A stretch of 63,262 nucleotides of DNA, filler included, from Squatina squatina (taxonomy: Eukaryota), in the NCBI GenBank assembly GCA_031763465.1. It is 4 parts of 4 records of this genome, joined end to end, with 100 filler letters (N's around TTAATTAATTAA, not from the genome) between each part and the next. Parts side by side here need not be neighbours in the genome. Positions count along the whole stretch, not along the records: positions 1 to 21,592 come from JARFOE010000004.1; positions 21,693 to 34,220 come from JARFOE010000057.1; 2 more parts are not named here. One strand, given 5' to 3'. Every line of letters starts with the position of its first letter. Positions within the stretch are counted from its first letter, which is position 1. Shown piece after piece: positions 14,501-27,962 of the stretch. A program made the translations under genes and the position numbers. Under the pieces are notes generated by a model. The model did no database searches. It was given only the letters and a program-made list of their open reading frames with translations, and was not told the DNA's origin.

Positions 14501-14934
14501 GCTTAGTAATGTATGGGCAGCCATAATGAATTATGAAAGGCTTTATTGAATAGTAAAAAGGTACAACACAGCTGAATCTAGGCCTGATGTACTGAGTACA
14601 TAAAGGTCTTGGAGTTAGCTAATGTGCACACATAACTAACAACCTATGAACACAATCTATAAACTACTGCCTTTGAGGAGAGGGACCCAGGGGTCTGCCT
14701 TTTACTCTTCCCCCAACAAAAATATTCACTATTTAAATGGCGTTAATAGTTATGGCCTCATTTAAGCATATTCTCTAACTAGATTAAACAAAATAAGAAG
14801 TAATTAGCAATGGGTAGTATTGATTTATTAAAATCATGCTTCCCTAAAATGACTGATCACGCTAAATCATGATGTATCTTGGCAGAGATTATGATGAAAT
14901 GGTGGATTTCATGCTGATTATAGCATAAGGTATT

Positions 14935-15510
14935 CTAAACATAAAAGCATAAGAATTAGGAGCAGGACTAGGCCATACTGCCCCTTGAGTCTGTTCCACC
15001 ATTCAGTAAGATCCTGGCTGATCTTTGACCTCAACTCCACTTTCCTGCCTGATCCCCATATCCTTGCACCAGTGACGGCACTCCAGAAGTACTTCACTGG
15101 CTGTAAAGCGCTTTGAGACGTCTGGTGGTTGTGAAAGGTGCTGTATAAATGCAAGTCTTTCCTTCCTCTCCTCTTTTCCCCTCCACCCCACCACCAGAAT
15201 CTATCTGTCGTGAATATACTCAACAACTGAGCATCCACAGCCCTCTGGGGCAGAGAATTCCAAAGACTCACAACCCTCTGAGTGAAGAAATTCCTCCTCA
15301 TCTCAGTCTTAAATGGCCGACCCCTTATTCTGAGATTCTGCCCCCTAGTTCTAGACTCTCCAGCCAGGGGAAACATCCTCTCAGCATCTGCCCTGTCAAT
15401 CTACCTCAGAAACTTATATATTTCAATGTGATCACCTCTCATTCTTCTAAACGCCAGAGAGTATAGGCCCAATCTACTCAATCTTTCCTCGTAGGGCAAC
15501 CCTCTCATTC
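14935..15510 (-). mobile_element. CR1 LINE 3' end with a nested Deu-SINE tail (about 15071-15165, opposite strand)
   Basis: MFPLAGESRTRGQNLRIRGRPFKTEMRRNFFTQRVVSLWNSLPQRAV; interrupted by AAGTACTTCACTGGCTGTAAAGCGCTTTGAGACGTC...ATAAATGCAAGTCTTT, which matches the SINE tail at 50540-50612. Confidence 0.85.
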
Positions 15511-15514
15511 CAGG

Positions 15515-15935
15515 GATGAAGAAATGCAATGGCCTGACCCGAGCTGCTATGAGGATTCCCATTCACAGTCTTGTCATTGTCAACACAGCCCTGCGCCACC
15601 TTGCTGCAACAACACCACTGGATAACTTGACCCCGATTCACTTTTCTCTCATCCAATCCTTGGAACACCCTTCAGTGGCCCTCCCACTGCTCTCAGAATT
15701 AATGGCCTTTCCAGCACACACCTGTGCTTTCAGACTTTTTTCCCCTAATTCACAAGTGTTCAGATGTCTTCAGCACGCCACTGTCTAACAGGAGTTTCAG
15801 AACAAACCATAGCCCAGTGCCAGGGACAGGACCCGCACAGGAGGTGGGACTCCATCCTCTCACATATTCTGATCTGCTGACGAGGCTGCTGTGGATATCA
15901 TAGCGAGTGCCCAAGCTGTTGCAGAGGGTGAGGCA
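15515..15935 (+). mobile_element. Harbinger Myb/SANT accessory gene remnant (two exon-like pieces)
   Basis: KKCNGLTRAA resembles KKFNDLTR; then ARDRTRTGGGTP...ADEAAVDII...VAEGE with in-frame stops; similar to the minus-strand piece at 27790-27962. Confidence 0.55.
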
Positions 15936-16714
15936 TTATGAAACATTTGGGTTCAAAAAAAAAGCATGTTGGCTCATCCCTTAAGCAACCTATTCTCCAT
16001 TTGAATGGATCACATTCACACTTGGCTGATTGATTTTTTTTTAAATAGTATGTTACTACTTCTGTATATACTGTTTATTCAATTATTTGTGAACTGATTG
16101 TGTTCAATTTATTTTTACATCAATAGTAGCAAAACGTGAGAATCACCCATCAGCTTCATTCAAATTTCTAAACAGTTTATTAAAATTACTAATGTAGCGT
16201 GATTACACATGTAGAATATTTGTGAATTTCCTGAGGAAACACCATGGACATGTGAGGAGTTTTTAAGCCACACACAGGTACAGCAGTGTGTTGTATATCC
16301 AGGGACTTTTTAAACATAACCCAGAAGTGAAACCAGATCATTGTATATTCCATAATGCTATCCAGCTCATTTTAAATCAATCTACTGGGCCCCAATTTAT
16401 TTTTTATCCACAATCCTGATAGAACTAAATTGTTCAAATTGTCAAAAATACACATTGATTTGCTGCCCATTCATAGCCAATGAGCAGAAAATCTAGCCCA
16501 CAGAAAAAATCCTGCAATAGGTCAGACTGAATGGAAAAAAATATTCTTTTATTGAGCTTTGATATACTAAAAGGAACTCTGAACTAGATGTGCTTGTGAC
16601 CGAGGAAAGCTGAATGCAAATACTCAGTGTGAAGGGTAACAGTATTCTATTTCTCAATACTGGCACCAAGGGATGACAGGGTTTACTTGCATGGCACTGT
16701 GCAGAAGAAGAATA

Positions 16715-17440
16715 ATAGGATCATAGAAATTTATGGCACAGAATGAGGTCATTTGATCCATTGTGTCTGTGCCGGTCGAGAAAGAGCTATCCAGCCTAAT
16801 CCCACTTTCCAGCTCTTGGTCCATAGCACTGTAGGCTACAGCACTTCAAGTGGATATCTAAGTACTTTTTAAATGCGATGAGCGTTCTGTCTCTACCACC
16901 CTTTCAGGTAGTGAGTTCCAGACTCTCACCAACCTCTGGGTAAAAAACGTTCTGCTCGACTCCCCTCTAATCCTTTTACCAATGACTTTAAATCTACGCC
17001 CCTTGGTTNNNNNNNNNNATTAGCTCTCCCCTCAGCCTCCTCCATTCCAAAGAAAACAACCCCAGCCTTTCCCATCTTTCCTTATAGCTAAAATTCTCCA
17101 GTCCAAGCAACATCCTGGTAAATCTCCTCTGTACCCTCTCTAGTGCAATCACATCTTTCCTGTAATGTGGTGACCAGGACTGCACACTAGCTGTGGCCTA
17201 ACTAATGTTTTGTACAGTTCAAGCATAACCTCCCTGCTCTTGTATTCTATGCCTCAGCCAATAAAGGAAAGTATCCCATATGCCTTCTTAACCACCTTAT
17301 CTACCTATCCTGCTACCTTCAGGGATCTGTGGACATGCACTCCAAGGTCCCTCTGCTCTACACTTCTCAGTATCCTACCATTTATTGTGTATTCTTTTGC
17401 ATTGTTAGTGGTCCCCATTGCATTACCTCACTTTTCCAAA
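16715..17440 (-). mobile_element. CR1 LINE ORF2 3' part and 3' UTR
   Basis: WSPHYRKDVIALERVQRRFTRMLLGLENFSYKERWERLGLFSLEWRRLRGEL is the canonical CR1 ORF2 C-terminal region. Confidence 0.9.
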
Positions 17441-17607
17441 TTGAATTGTTGGGCCAACTGGGTTGTTCCTGTGCGGTAAATTTTATGTAATATGTTAAAT
17501 AGGGTGTCTTGAAGATACCCAATATGATGGCTAGAAAAATCAGAACAAGTTAGCAATGTGATTTTTGTTAGTTTATTCAGCCCTTTTGTTACTCCATCTG
17601 ACTACCA

Positions 17608-18204
17608 AAAAAGCAAAATACCGTGGATGCTGGAATTCTGAAATAATAAACAGAAAATGCTGGAAATACTCAGCTCCGGCAGCAGCTGTGGAGACAGAAA
17701 CGGAGCTAACATTTCAGGTCAATGACCAATCGTCAGAACTGAAAAAAATTGGAGCTACAACAGGTTTTAAGCAAGTGCAGAGGCAGGGAAATGGGGGAGG
17801 GGAGGAATAAACGAGAAAGTACTGTGATAGGGTGGAAGGCAGGAGAGATTAAATGACAAAAGGTATTGTACAAAGCAAAGGAGATGGTAATGGGGCAAGT
17901 TTTTTTTTAAAAAGCTGGGTCTAGCAGAGGTGTAAATGGGAATAGCAGAATCAACAGCTGCCGTCTGAGGAAAAAATGGGGGCAGAGGTTATGATTTGAA
18001 ATTCGATGTTGAGTCCAGAAGGCTGTAAAGTGTCTAATCAAAAGATCAGATGCAGTGTAAGAGGCTGCGGATAGAGTGGAGTGGAGAATTAAATTGACAG
18101 GTCGGGGTCACGCTTACGGGCTGAACAGAGGTGTTTCGCAAAGTGGTCACCCAATCAGTGTTTGGTCTCCATGTCGAGGAGACTGCATCGTGAGCAGTGA
18201 ACAT
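17608..18204 (-). mobile_element. Penelope-like retroelement remnant (GIY-YIG endonuclease end plus terminal repeat with hammerhead-like core)
   Basis: Minus translation CSRCSLL..ETKH*LGDHFAKHLCSARKRDPDL...HLIF*LDTLQPSGLNIEF; terminal segment carries CTGACGA-TT-GGTC-ATT-GACC-T-GAAA at 17736-17712. Confidence 0.75.
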
Positions 18205-19398
18205 NNNNNNNNNNNNNNNNNNNNNNNNNNNNNNNNNNNNNNNNNNNNNNNNNNNNNNNNNNNNNNNNNNNNNNNNNNNNNNNNNNNNNNNNNNNNNNNN
18301 NNNNCCATGCAATTGCATGCTCAATAACCCTTGCGAGTCGTTACTCCAGCAATAGGGAGAACACAGCCCAACTTTTGAAAAAAAGTGAGCAGTAAAGAAG
18401 AAATTTAAATATTATACTCAAACTAAAAAAATAACAGCTGTGTTATAAAAAAGTTAATTTCCTTCTCTGCATATTTTTGGATCCTGAGCTGGAACACAGA
18501 TGGATCTCACTGCTGTAATGATCCTTTTCCCCATGGCTAGCTTTAATTAAAAATTCAAGCTAAATTTCACATGCACATTAAATCAACTCTTCATTATCAC
18601 TCAATAAACCTTCAGTGATTGCATCATAATCTTGCAATGCAGACTTCATCATGATCTACGCTCAGGCTATAGATTCCACCATGATGATAGCCATAAGACT
18701 TAATAACACCAAACTCATGAGCCACACCTTTAATATATTAAAAGTACTGCTTATAGCATGCATTTCTTCGGCTTATAGTTGGGTCACAACACAGTATTTC
18801 CATCACGCCTGGGTGCCATACCCGAGGGATAGTATTAAAATCCGTGAGGTATGCAAACTTCTCATTATACTTACCTTTCACTCCTTCCAAAACTAGGTGG
18901 CGCTGAGACACTGCACCATTTAGCCGTGATTGGATGATTTCTCCCATGTAGCTTACTCCCAGAGCGGTCCTGCAAACTCAATCTCCCTGGCCCGTTTATC
19001 CACCTCCAGCAAAGTTTTCCCAGCTTGGATCCGACCCCATTTATTTCCTTTCTTCTTTTTACCCTACTTTTTTTTTTAAACTTTGATCTTTCTTTCAGGG
19101 CGTGGACCTGTCACCCTTTTTTTCCTCTCCTGCATTTTTGCTTTACACCAGAGCATCTTCCCTCGCCCACCTCAGTCTCCGTAGGCCTCAGGCCTCAGCC
19201 ACTCCACTCCCTGCCACACCTTTTCACCCCCATGTTGGCCAGCATGTGTCTCGGCTGCACTAAGCTGGCAGTTTGCTTTTTAAAGTGCCCATTGTGCCNN
19301 NNNNNNNNNNNNNNNNNNNNNNNNNNNNNNNNNNNNNNNNNNNNNNNNNNNNNNNNNNNNNNNNNNNNNNNNNNNNNNNNNNNNNNNNNNNNNNNNNN

Positions 19399-19860
19399 GA
19401 TCTCTGGTTGGTTCCTCGACATATTGGTCCAGAAAACCATCCCGTATACACTCTAGGAATTCCTCCTCCACAGCACTGTTACTAATTTGGTTAGCCCAAT
19501 CTATATGCAGATTAAAGTCACCCATGATAACTGTTGTGCCCTTATTGCACGTGTCTCTAATTTCCTGTTTAATGCCATCCCCAACCTCACCACTACTGTT
19601 TGGGGATCTGCATCTAACTCCCACTAATGTTTTCTGCCCCTTGGTATTTCTCAGCTCTACCCATACAGATTCCACATCATCCGAGCTAGTATCCTTCCTT
19701 ACTATTGTGTTAATCTCCTCTTTAACCAGCAAGGCTACCCCATCTCCTTTTCCTTTTTGCCTGTCCTTCCTGAATATCGAGTTCCCAGCCTTGGTCACCC
19801 TGGAGCCATGTCTCCGTAATCCCAATTATATCATATCCATTTACATCTATTTGTGCAGAG
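19399..19860 (-). mobile_element. CR1 LINE apurinic-like endonuclease fragment
   Basis: FRKDRQKGKGDGVALLVKE...ESVWVEL...VIMGDFNLHIDW...DGFLDQYVEEPTR are APE motifs. Confidence 0.9.
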
Positions 19861-19904
19861 AGCTATGAGTACAGTGTGGTATGGGTAGATGAGGGAGGTG
19901 CAAG

Positions 19905-20065
19905 TAGAGAAGAACTTGCATTTCACATCTTCAAGCTATCCCAAAAGCAGTTTGCAGCCGCTGAATCTTTTTTTTTTATATAAAGTAGTCGCTGTTGTTT
20001 TGTAGGCAAACGTGGATCCAATTTGCATATCCCAAGATCCCACAAACAGCAAATGAATTGTGACC
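19905..20065 (-). mobile_element. Deu-domain (SacSINE1/AmnSINE1-like) SINE fragment
   Basis: Reverse complement resembles the copy at 50405-50612 (TTGCTGTTTGTGGGATCTTG...ATGCAAGTTCTT). Confidence 0.65.
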
Positions 20066-20276
20066 ATTCATTTTAATGCTTACTGCTAAATGGAACTCCC
20101 CTTTAATAGTCCTTCAACATAGACAAGTAAACATTTCGAGCAGCACAGAGAAACAAATTGTATTTGGTTTGCGCAGCTTTTAAGATTTCAATTTTTTTTT
20201 CTTGCCGTAGAACTGAAGTAGAATCATGCGGAGGTGATTGGGTAGAGAATTTATTGCTGGGGATACATTGGATCTA

Positions 20277-20537
<261 letters not shown>

Positions 20538-21069
20538 CTAAAATAAATATCCCCAGACTAGCAGTATTACATATAAACACAGACACCTAATGGGGCCTTT
20601 ATTCAAGCCTAGAGTTGAGAAGGTCAAAATCCAGAACTTATACCATTAAAATGTGATGTGAAGTTTTCTCCTGCTACTCCTTTTCACATCTGCTTTGCTA
20701 CACAATGTATTCAATTATAGATAATGCAAACAGTATAGCTCAGGGTTCAGCCCGTCAGTATTAAAACCAAAAGGGAGGAAGACTAGGGTTATAGTATTCA
20801 AGCAGTAATAGATACATTTGGCTGCTAAACACCATTTTAACAAGAAATCTGTAACTCAGAAATTTAAAAAAATTGCTATTAAATTATGTTTTTTTTCTGT
20901 ACAGCAATATCTGGAAAGCTGAATGATAATCTAGATGACAACTTCAGAAAAAGTGGATAGCACTTGTTCAATAAAATATTTTGACAAGTCTGTGTCATGA
21001 GTGAAGATCAGAATATCAAGTTTCATGCACACAGGATTTAATCTTTATATCTATCATAAAAAGGTGTTA

Positions 21070-21276
<207 letters not shown>

Positions 21277-21349
21277 TCACATTGGCAAGTAACAAATTGA
21301 AACTTTCCACATATTGCGAAGATCAATTTGATTTCTGCTGCAGAGAATT

Positions 21350-21545
21350 GATAAAGAAAAAAAAAGTAAAAGAATGAGAAATAAAAAGAGAAAGGAAAAG
21401 AAAGAGAAAGAGCAAGAGAGCGAGAAAGAGAGAAAAAAAAAGGGAGAGAAAGAGAAAAGGAAAAGAATTAAAAAATACAAAAAAGATTAAAAAAAGAAAG
21501 TGATAATGAAAGAAAAATGAAAGGGAAAGAAAACAGAAAGACTTT
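21350..21545. repeat. Purine-rich (A/G) low-complexity tract
   Basis: Nearly pure AAAG/AGAG runs. Confidence 0.8.
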
Positions 21546-21592
21546 CATTTCTATAGCACCTTTCATGACATCCCAAAGCACTTTAGTCAATG

Positions 21593-21692
21593 NNNNNNNN
21601 NNNNNNNNNNNNNNNNNNNNNNNNNNNNNNNNNNNNTTAATTAATTAANNNNNNNNNNNNNNNNNNNNNNNNNNNNNNNNNNNNNNNNNNNN
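21593..21692. other. Artificial scaffold linker N44-TTAATTAATTAA-N44
   Basis: Exactly 100 nt; the 12-mer has stops in all six frames; the identical structure recurs twice. Confidence 0.97.
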
Positions 21693-23251
21693 CATAAAGT
21701 TCTGGTTAGTAGCTGCTTAAAGATAGAAGTGGCACATATAAGTAATCTTAAAAATGATCTTGGCTGCTGCCAAAATTCACTTTACTGCTAACTGTGGCCC
21801 TAAAAACATGAAAAGACTTTCCCTTCGAATGAAAAATTATTGATAGTGCAAATAATCCAATAACATGGCTGGGTAGCCTCTATGTCAATCCAAGATGAAG
21901 ACAGAATGGTCGTAAACCTATTGTTTACTGCATATATACTAGCATGATGATCAGAATCGGGTAGGTGAGGGGTGGGTCCTGAGGGAGCACGAATGCACAG
22001 ATGCAGTCCTCTGAGCAGGCATCGTTCCAATATCATATACCTAATTCAAAAACAAACAGCTCTAAGAAATTTTAAAAATATAACTCCTTGATGTTTTCCC
22101 CAAAGACTGTTTACACCTTAGAAGGGAATTCTAATAAGGCACTTGTGCATTTGTCATTTCTATATTTCAGACTGCACTAGCTCCTCATGTTTATATTGCA
22201 AAATCTCCAGTGAGGTAGCTGAATTTCGGTGCTGCAACTCTGCAATGAATCTGTTGCAATGTATAGATAAAAGTATTTACCTGTTGAAAACTGCTGCAGT
22301 TACCTAAAATAAACTTCTAACAAACCAGATGAGGCTACACCTTCATGTACAAATCCTTCTTGGAAGTTTATATGATTGTTCTATGTATATTTTGTACAGT
22401 GTTTGATATTGCTAAAAAGGAGTTGGAACCCTGTTGGTTAACTCTTAGTTTATATAAAGATGTCTGCATTGTTTTGCTGGAAAACTAAACCAGTCATTGA
22501 TGGGTTTTTTGAATTCTTCATGTTTATACATTTGTTGTTTATATACGCCAGAGTTTTTTTGTTGAAAAAGTAAATTATTTAGTTGCCAGCATATTTCATT
22601 TTGAAGATTTAACAAATGTATTGTGTTGGTAATATAAGCAATGAGGAACATAGGTGAAAGTCTGTAGATTGGACTTTTTCAGATTTATTTCTAAGGAGCA
22701 CATAGAGAGAAGACCTTGCTGTTTTGTTTACAAGAACTAAGTTGGATTCTGGAATGAATCACACATCACATTTATACAGTTATCTGAAATCAACTCCCAT
22801 TAAACTTACTTGGATTCTTACCTTTTGGTTCAGAGTTGCATTTACTGCAAATACACTAACTTAAGCACTCTTCTGTTCGAGGATGCAATTGTTTATGATT
22901 ACATGTTCCATTTATTCTTCATAATCAATAAGGTTCTTGAAATGTTCAGGTCAAGCACCTTCATAGATCATAGATTTAGTAGTCTATAGTACATGCAATA
23001 GTACTTAAGCATACACTTACACATCGGGTGCTGATGATTGGGGACTCTAATGTGTTACAGTTCTGAACTCAGTATTTAGGTTGATTGAATCGTTGAATCC
23101 AAATACTTATTACAGTTAGCTACTTTTTATACATTGCTGTGTGACTATCAGCATGTCTCTACATCACATGGTTATGCCAAAAGTTAAAAACAACTTCATA
23201 AATGGTAAAACTGATAAACCTAGACTTCATCAATAGTTCAGTCAACAAGAT

Positions 23252-23370
23252 GGAGTAATTTTAACCTAATCTGCCCGAATTGATTTCAGTGGAGCACAGA
23301 ATCGGGTGGGGTATAAAACAGGCGTCTGACCTGAACCCACCTGTTGGGCAGCTTAGGTTAAAATTACCTG
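23252..23370. mobile_element. Short MITE with about 22-bp terminal inverted repeats
   Basis: Left GTAATTTTAACCTAATCTGCCC (23255-23276) versus right reverse complement GTAATTTTAACCTAAGCTGCCC (23367-23346). Confidence 0.7.
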
Positions 23371-24386
23371 TGCTGAATCCGTCACAAACAAGCTCCTTTG
23401 CTGTTGAGCCAACGAGATGAGTATATCTCTTTGTTGTTGTCACATATTTCTTTCCTGTTATATTTAATTGTTGTTCGACCATGTAATTCTGTTCTTGTCT
23501 TTGATTCTGTATCCCCTCAGCACCAACCTGGTCCTCCTATCCTACATAAACTTTCATTAAAAAGATAATGTTTTAACAGATGTTTTTCTTCTGCAGGACT
23601 AACTGGTGTCCTTGCAACTGTATCAGTGATTACAGTTGCCTAAAGCTTGGTAATCAATACGCACGGGCACATTTTCATCTCATTCAGATACATTCTCTAC
23701 AGATGCGAAATTAAGATACATTCTCNNNNNNNNNNNNNNNNNNNNNNNNNNNNNNNNNNNNNNNNNNNNNNNNNNNNNNNNNNNNNNNNNNNNNNNNNNN
23801 NNNNNNNNNNNNNNNNNNNNNNNNNTGATAGGCAAGACATGGGTAAAAGCAAAGGCGAGTCTTACCAAGAGCAAAACATTTTGTGTGTGAATGCAACATC
23901 ATAAAATATGCTGGTGGACTAACATTTGTTTGTTTCGAAGCTCACCCAGCTGACTCTTGCCTAGAAACATGGGGTTGCGGGGGTGGGGAAATTAATCAGT
24001 CACTGTGAACACAGGTAGGCAAAGCATTGTTTTATTTTTCTTTAGCACGTGGTATTGATTCTCCTAATAAAACATGCATTTTAGAATTAATTAATTCCTG
24101 CAGAAAAAACTGCCATGTGCAAAAGTGCCATTCATAATAAAACATGAGATCCAAGGGACAATACCAGAAACATATACAAAACCAAGGCCTGCCACTGACA
24201 GGGGAATTTGTTGCATTTAAAAAGCCTTATGCCAGTCTTCTCAGCCAAGATTATAAACACGAGAGCTCATTCAGTTTCAATTGTTACACAGGATCACCAA
24301 GATATAAATTGATGCCGATTAGAGACAGCTAGGGCAGCTATATCTAGTTTGACACCACCTTATCTAAATCCAGTGAAGTCTAGGTT

Positions 24387-24815
24387 TCATCTCCCTGAGT
24401 TATTAAATCCCAGTTCTCTTGTATACCGGTTGGTTAGACGATTAGCTTGCAGTGTAAGCTTGGAGAGGACATTGTAAAGTCCATTCAAATGGTGGTGAAA
24501 CAGCCATTGAAGGTCTCCACAATCAGCGTCTTCCTCTCTGGCTTTTCTGGACTCCAGATCAAATTTAACTTGTTCATCCAGAATGCCCCACTCAATGTCA
24601 TTTCTTATGGACTTCAGGAGCAAGTAGTTGTCATGCATGTCCCTCTGTTTGGAGACGTTGCTTCTTCTGTGATTGTCCTCTTCCTCCACTGGGAGATCCC
24701 TCAGCAAACTGGGCAGCATGATGGTTTCGCCCATGACGGTGGCAGCTGTGATAAATCTGTTTATAGCATTGAACAGGGAGTGACGGTTGTTCTTAAATTC
24801 TGTAATCTGCATCAT
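24387..24815 (-). CDS. mid1ip1l: Spot14-family protein, MID1-interacting protein 1-like (142 aa, single coding exon)
   Basis: Intact ORF with MMQI..HSLFNAINRF...ETIMLPSLLRD, YLLLKSIRNDIEWG and DL..LFHHHLNGLYNVLSKLTLQANRLTNRY; acceptor TTTTAG 24 nt upstream of the ATG. Family is secure; paralogue assignment rests on linkage to SRPX2. Confidence 0.85.
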   Translation of the reverse strand: MMQITEFKNNRHSLFNAINRFITAATVMGETIMLPSLLRDLPVEEEDNHRRSNVSKQRDMHDNYLLLKSIRNDIEWGILDEQVKFDLESRKAREEDADCGDLQWLFHHHLNGLYNVLSKLTLQANRLTNRYTRELGFNNSGR

Positions 24816-25972
24816 TTTACAAAACTTGCAACAATGAATCTAAAATGGGGAGAAACAAACCAGAAGTCACTGAAGAAGTGAGGGACGCAAATGCAACTGT
24901 GCAAAACATGAAAAGAAGTTTTCAGAAAGTCATACTTTGGTAAAGGATAATAAAAGTAATTACAGTTGCAAGAAAAGCAATCAAGTAGTGAGTGAGCAAA
25001 ATGAGCAGAATTTTAATTGCAAGTAAGNNNNNNNNNNNNNNNNNNNNNNNNNNNNNNNNNNNNNNNNNNNNNNNNNNNNNNNNNNNNNNNNNNNNNNNNN
25101 NNNNNNNNNNNNNNNNNNNNNNNNNNNCCAGTAGGCCAGTGTGAAGATTTCTATGACAAATCTTAGCCTTGGTGTCCTGTAATGGGAAATAATTTTCTCT
25201 CTCTCTCTCGCTCTAGCTTATATACCAACCACTCAGAATTAATGCTAAAGAAAACCATTAGCTTATGAGTAGAATTATACTAAAAACCCAACAGTCAAGG
25301 GTGCGAATTAATTGAATTGCTAGCTCTTTGCTTTCTTTAGGATTTGGTGCTTTTCCATTCAACTCCAGCTTGATGAATTGCCAAAGGGTGATTCAGCTAA
25401 AATGTTAGCTGTAAAATATTTTGATTGAACACAGCTGAGATGTATTCAGGTTATAAAGCTGTGATGGTCTAATGAATTAAAATGAGCATCAAGTGCCACC
25501 AGGAGGTTCAGGATATAGGAAAATGAGAAAAATAAAGGTTTTTGAGGTCTGAATGATTAACAGCAATTGATTTTATAACGTATTTCTGACTACAGGTGGT
25601 TTGGAAAACTGCAACTCATTCCATCCAAGTTGTTTTCAACAAATAATCTGATTCTTTCCTATAGGAGGAAAAATGCTTTAACCCATAATTAATTAGCTAA
25701 CTGATAAAATAACTTTCAGGAGGTGGGGGAGGGAACAATAATTAACAATTAAAGCTGAATTGCAGAGTGTTTCATTTTACTTGTCGCCATAGTTTTGTTG
25801 TTTTATGTTATTCCAATCACTGGAATGAATCATTGTACATTTTTAAGAGAAGAGTAGATAAACAGTTAAAACNNNNNNNNNNNNNNNNNNNNNNNNNNNN
25901 NNNNNNNNNNNNNNNNNNNNNNNNNNNNNNNNNNNNNNNNNNNNNNNNNNNNNNNNNNNNNNNNNNNNNNNN

Positions 25973-26978
25973 CCTTGGGTCTCCTGAGAGCAATTCTCTT
26001 ACTCAGCCTGAGCCAGGAGCAGAGTGTGAGGTGTCTGCGCTTTACGAAGGAGGTGCTCACTGAACTCTACCACCTCTTGCAACCAGATCTACAGCTTCAC
26101 ACCAGGGCAATCCCAGCGCTGCCAGTGACTGTAAAGGTGACCGAGGCCTTGAACTTCTTCATGTCGGGATCCTTCCAGACTGGTCCAGGCGACATCTGTA
26201 ACATCTCCCAATTTGGTGTCCACTGCTGCATAAGAGAGGTAACAGATGCTCTTTATGCCAGCAGAGGGGACTTCATTGTCTTCCCTCTGACAAGAGACAA
26301 GTAGGTGGAGCATGCACGAGGCTTTGCCAGGAAGCTTCCCCACAGTGCAGGACGCCATCGACTGCATGTATGTGACTTTACGGCCGCTGCATCTAAATGC
26401 TGAGATGTACCGCAACCGCAAAGATTATCACTCACTGAAGGTGCAGTTGGTGTGCAACCATCCTCAGCACATCACAATGGTGAATGCCCGATATCCTGAC
26501 AGCAGTCATGGTGTTTTTATTCTGTGTTAGTCCACTGTTCCCTCAGTCTTTGAGCCACCAAGACAAACCAGAGGGTGGCTACTGGACGACAAAAGCTATC
26601 CACTGACCACCTGGCTCACGACTCCGCTCCGCAACCCAACCACATATGCACAGCATGCATACAATGAGAGCAATGCTGCCACATGGAATCTGATGGAGCA
26701 GACCAGTGCTTCTGCTGCCTGGACTGCTCTGGAGGAGCCCTGCAGTACTCACCAGAACACATCTCAAGATTCACCATGGTCTGCTGCATGCTCCACAATC
26801 TCACCATCGTGAGGGCACAGTCCTTGCCACCAGCATACGGCAACCAGCTGGGGAGGAGGAGGAGGAAGTGGAAGAGAAGGAAGCTGAACAGGAGGAAACA
26901 GAAGGGAGAAGGCAACCGAGACAGCCCTTTGCTGCCAGGGGTATCCGTGAGCGATACATCAGACTGTGGTACCAGTGA
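25973..26978 (+). mobile_element. Harbinger/PIF DDE transposase pseudogene (HARBI1-like)
   Basis: LRFTKE...ALNFF.SGSFQ, AIDC, YRNRK.YHSL.VQLVC, WLLDDKSYPL..WL.TP and CCMLHNL with an acidic tail; several stops and frameshifts. Confidence 0.92.
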
Positions 26979-27209
26979 ACACAATCCTAATTCCCCATTC
27001 AATAATGCCACATCTTATCTTCCCTCTATTACTGACCATTACAGCGTCCTCTTGGCCACAATGCTGAAATAAAAGCCACTATAAAAGAAACACTTCCAAT
27101 GCACATTTATGAATCAATCAATCCAATACTGCAGAACAAAGTCAACTAATCATCCATGTGCATTCCCTTAGTGCCTATTTTGCATGTGTCTTTGCCTGTC
27201 CTAGCACTC

Positions 27210-27962
27210 CTATGAAGTGTTACCCCAGTGGCTGCAGCATGACTGACTTTCAGTGGGGAAGACTGCAGATAGCCTTGCAAGATGATCTCGAGCAGCTCTG
27301 GGCCCAAAAGGCCAAGCTGTCGACTGCATCATCTCGGCATGGGCGGCTGACGGGCAACAGCAAGGGCACTGGCAGAATGGCAGTCGTGGAAGTACAAATG
27401 CTGTCATCCTGAAAGAGGACAGCAGGTTCGTGCTCCACGGAACCACTCCCCTGGGATTGCACCTCAGCGATCCTAGTAATCTGTTGGAGGATAGATTGCT
27501 GGGCTGCTGCAAAACCACACAAACCCTTTTCCACACTCTAGTCCAGTGGCTCACTCGGTGCAGATTCCTCNNNNNNNNNNGTGACTTTGTCCCTTCTTCT
27601 CCATCACTCTCCTCTTGCTCTTCCTGCACTGGTTGGGAAGCTTGGAGTTCTTTGGTATCTGAAAGCACAAGGAGAGGGTTGTGGTGGGGAGAAAAAGAGC
27701 AAGATGTATATGATTACACCAACAACAGCTTGTAAGTGCGAAGATCGTGCAAAATGAGGTTAAAGTGGGATGTGAGAAGGAGGATTGGTTATAAGAATAT
27801 CGTCATCGTCAATGGCCTCAACCTCGCCAATCGGCACGTCCTCAGTGATGGCCCCTCCAATAATGTCAAGCACGGTCTCTGCCAGCTGGGTCAGGATATG
27901 CAGTCTTGTGCATCTCCTGCAGAGAGCAGCAGCTAACCAGCAGTTGTGAGCCACCTTACCCT
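27210..27962 (-). mobile_element. Harbinger second (Myb/SANT-type) gene remnant, convergent with the transposase
   Basis: GKVAHN...LHILTQLAETVLDIIG...IGEVEAIDDDD exon plus acidic downstream pieces; tail-to-tail layout typical of autonomous Harbingers. Confidence 0.6.

Noticed and set aside
21637-21648. TTAATTAATTAA as a biological motif
   Set aside because: Embedded symmetrically in Ns three times; it is an assembly linker.
21944-22014. Possible box C/D snoRNA (ATGATGA...CTGA)
   Set aside because: No convincing terminal stem and no recognisable rRNA/snRNA guide.
25975-26978. Domesticated HARBI1 gene
   Set aside because: Multiple stops, frameshifts and a deletion; it is a transposon fossil.
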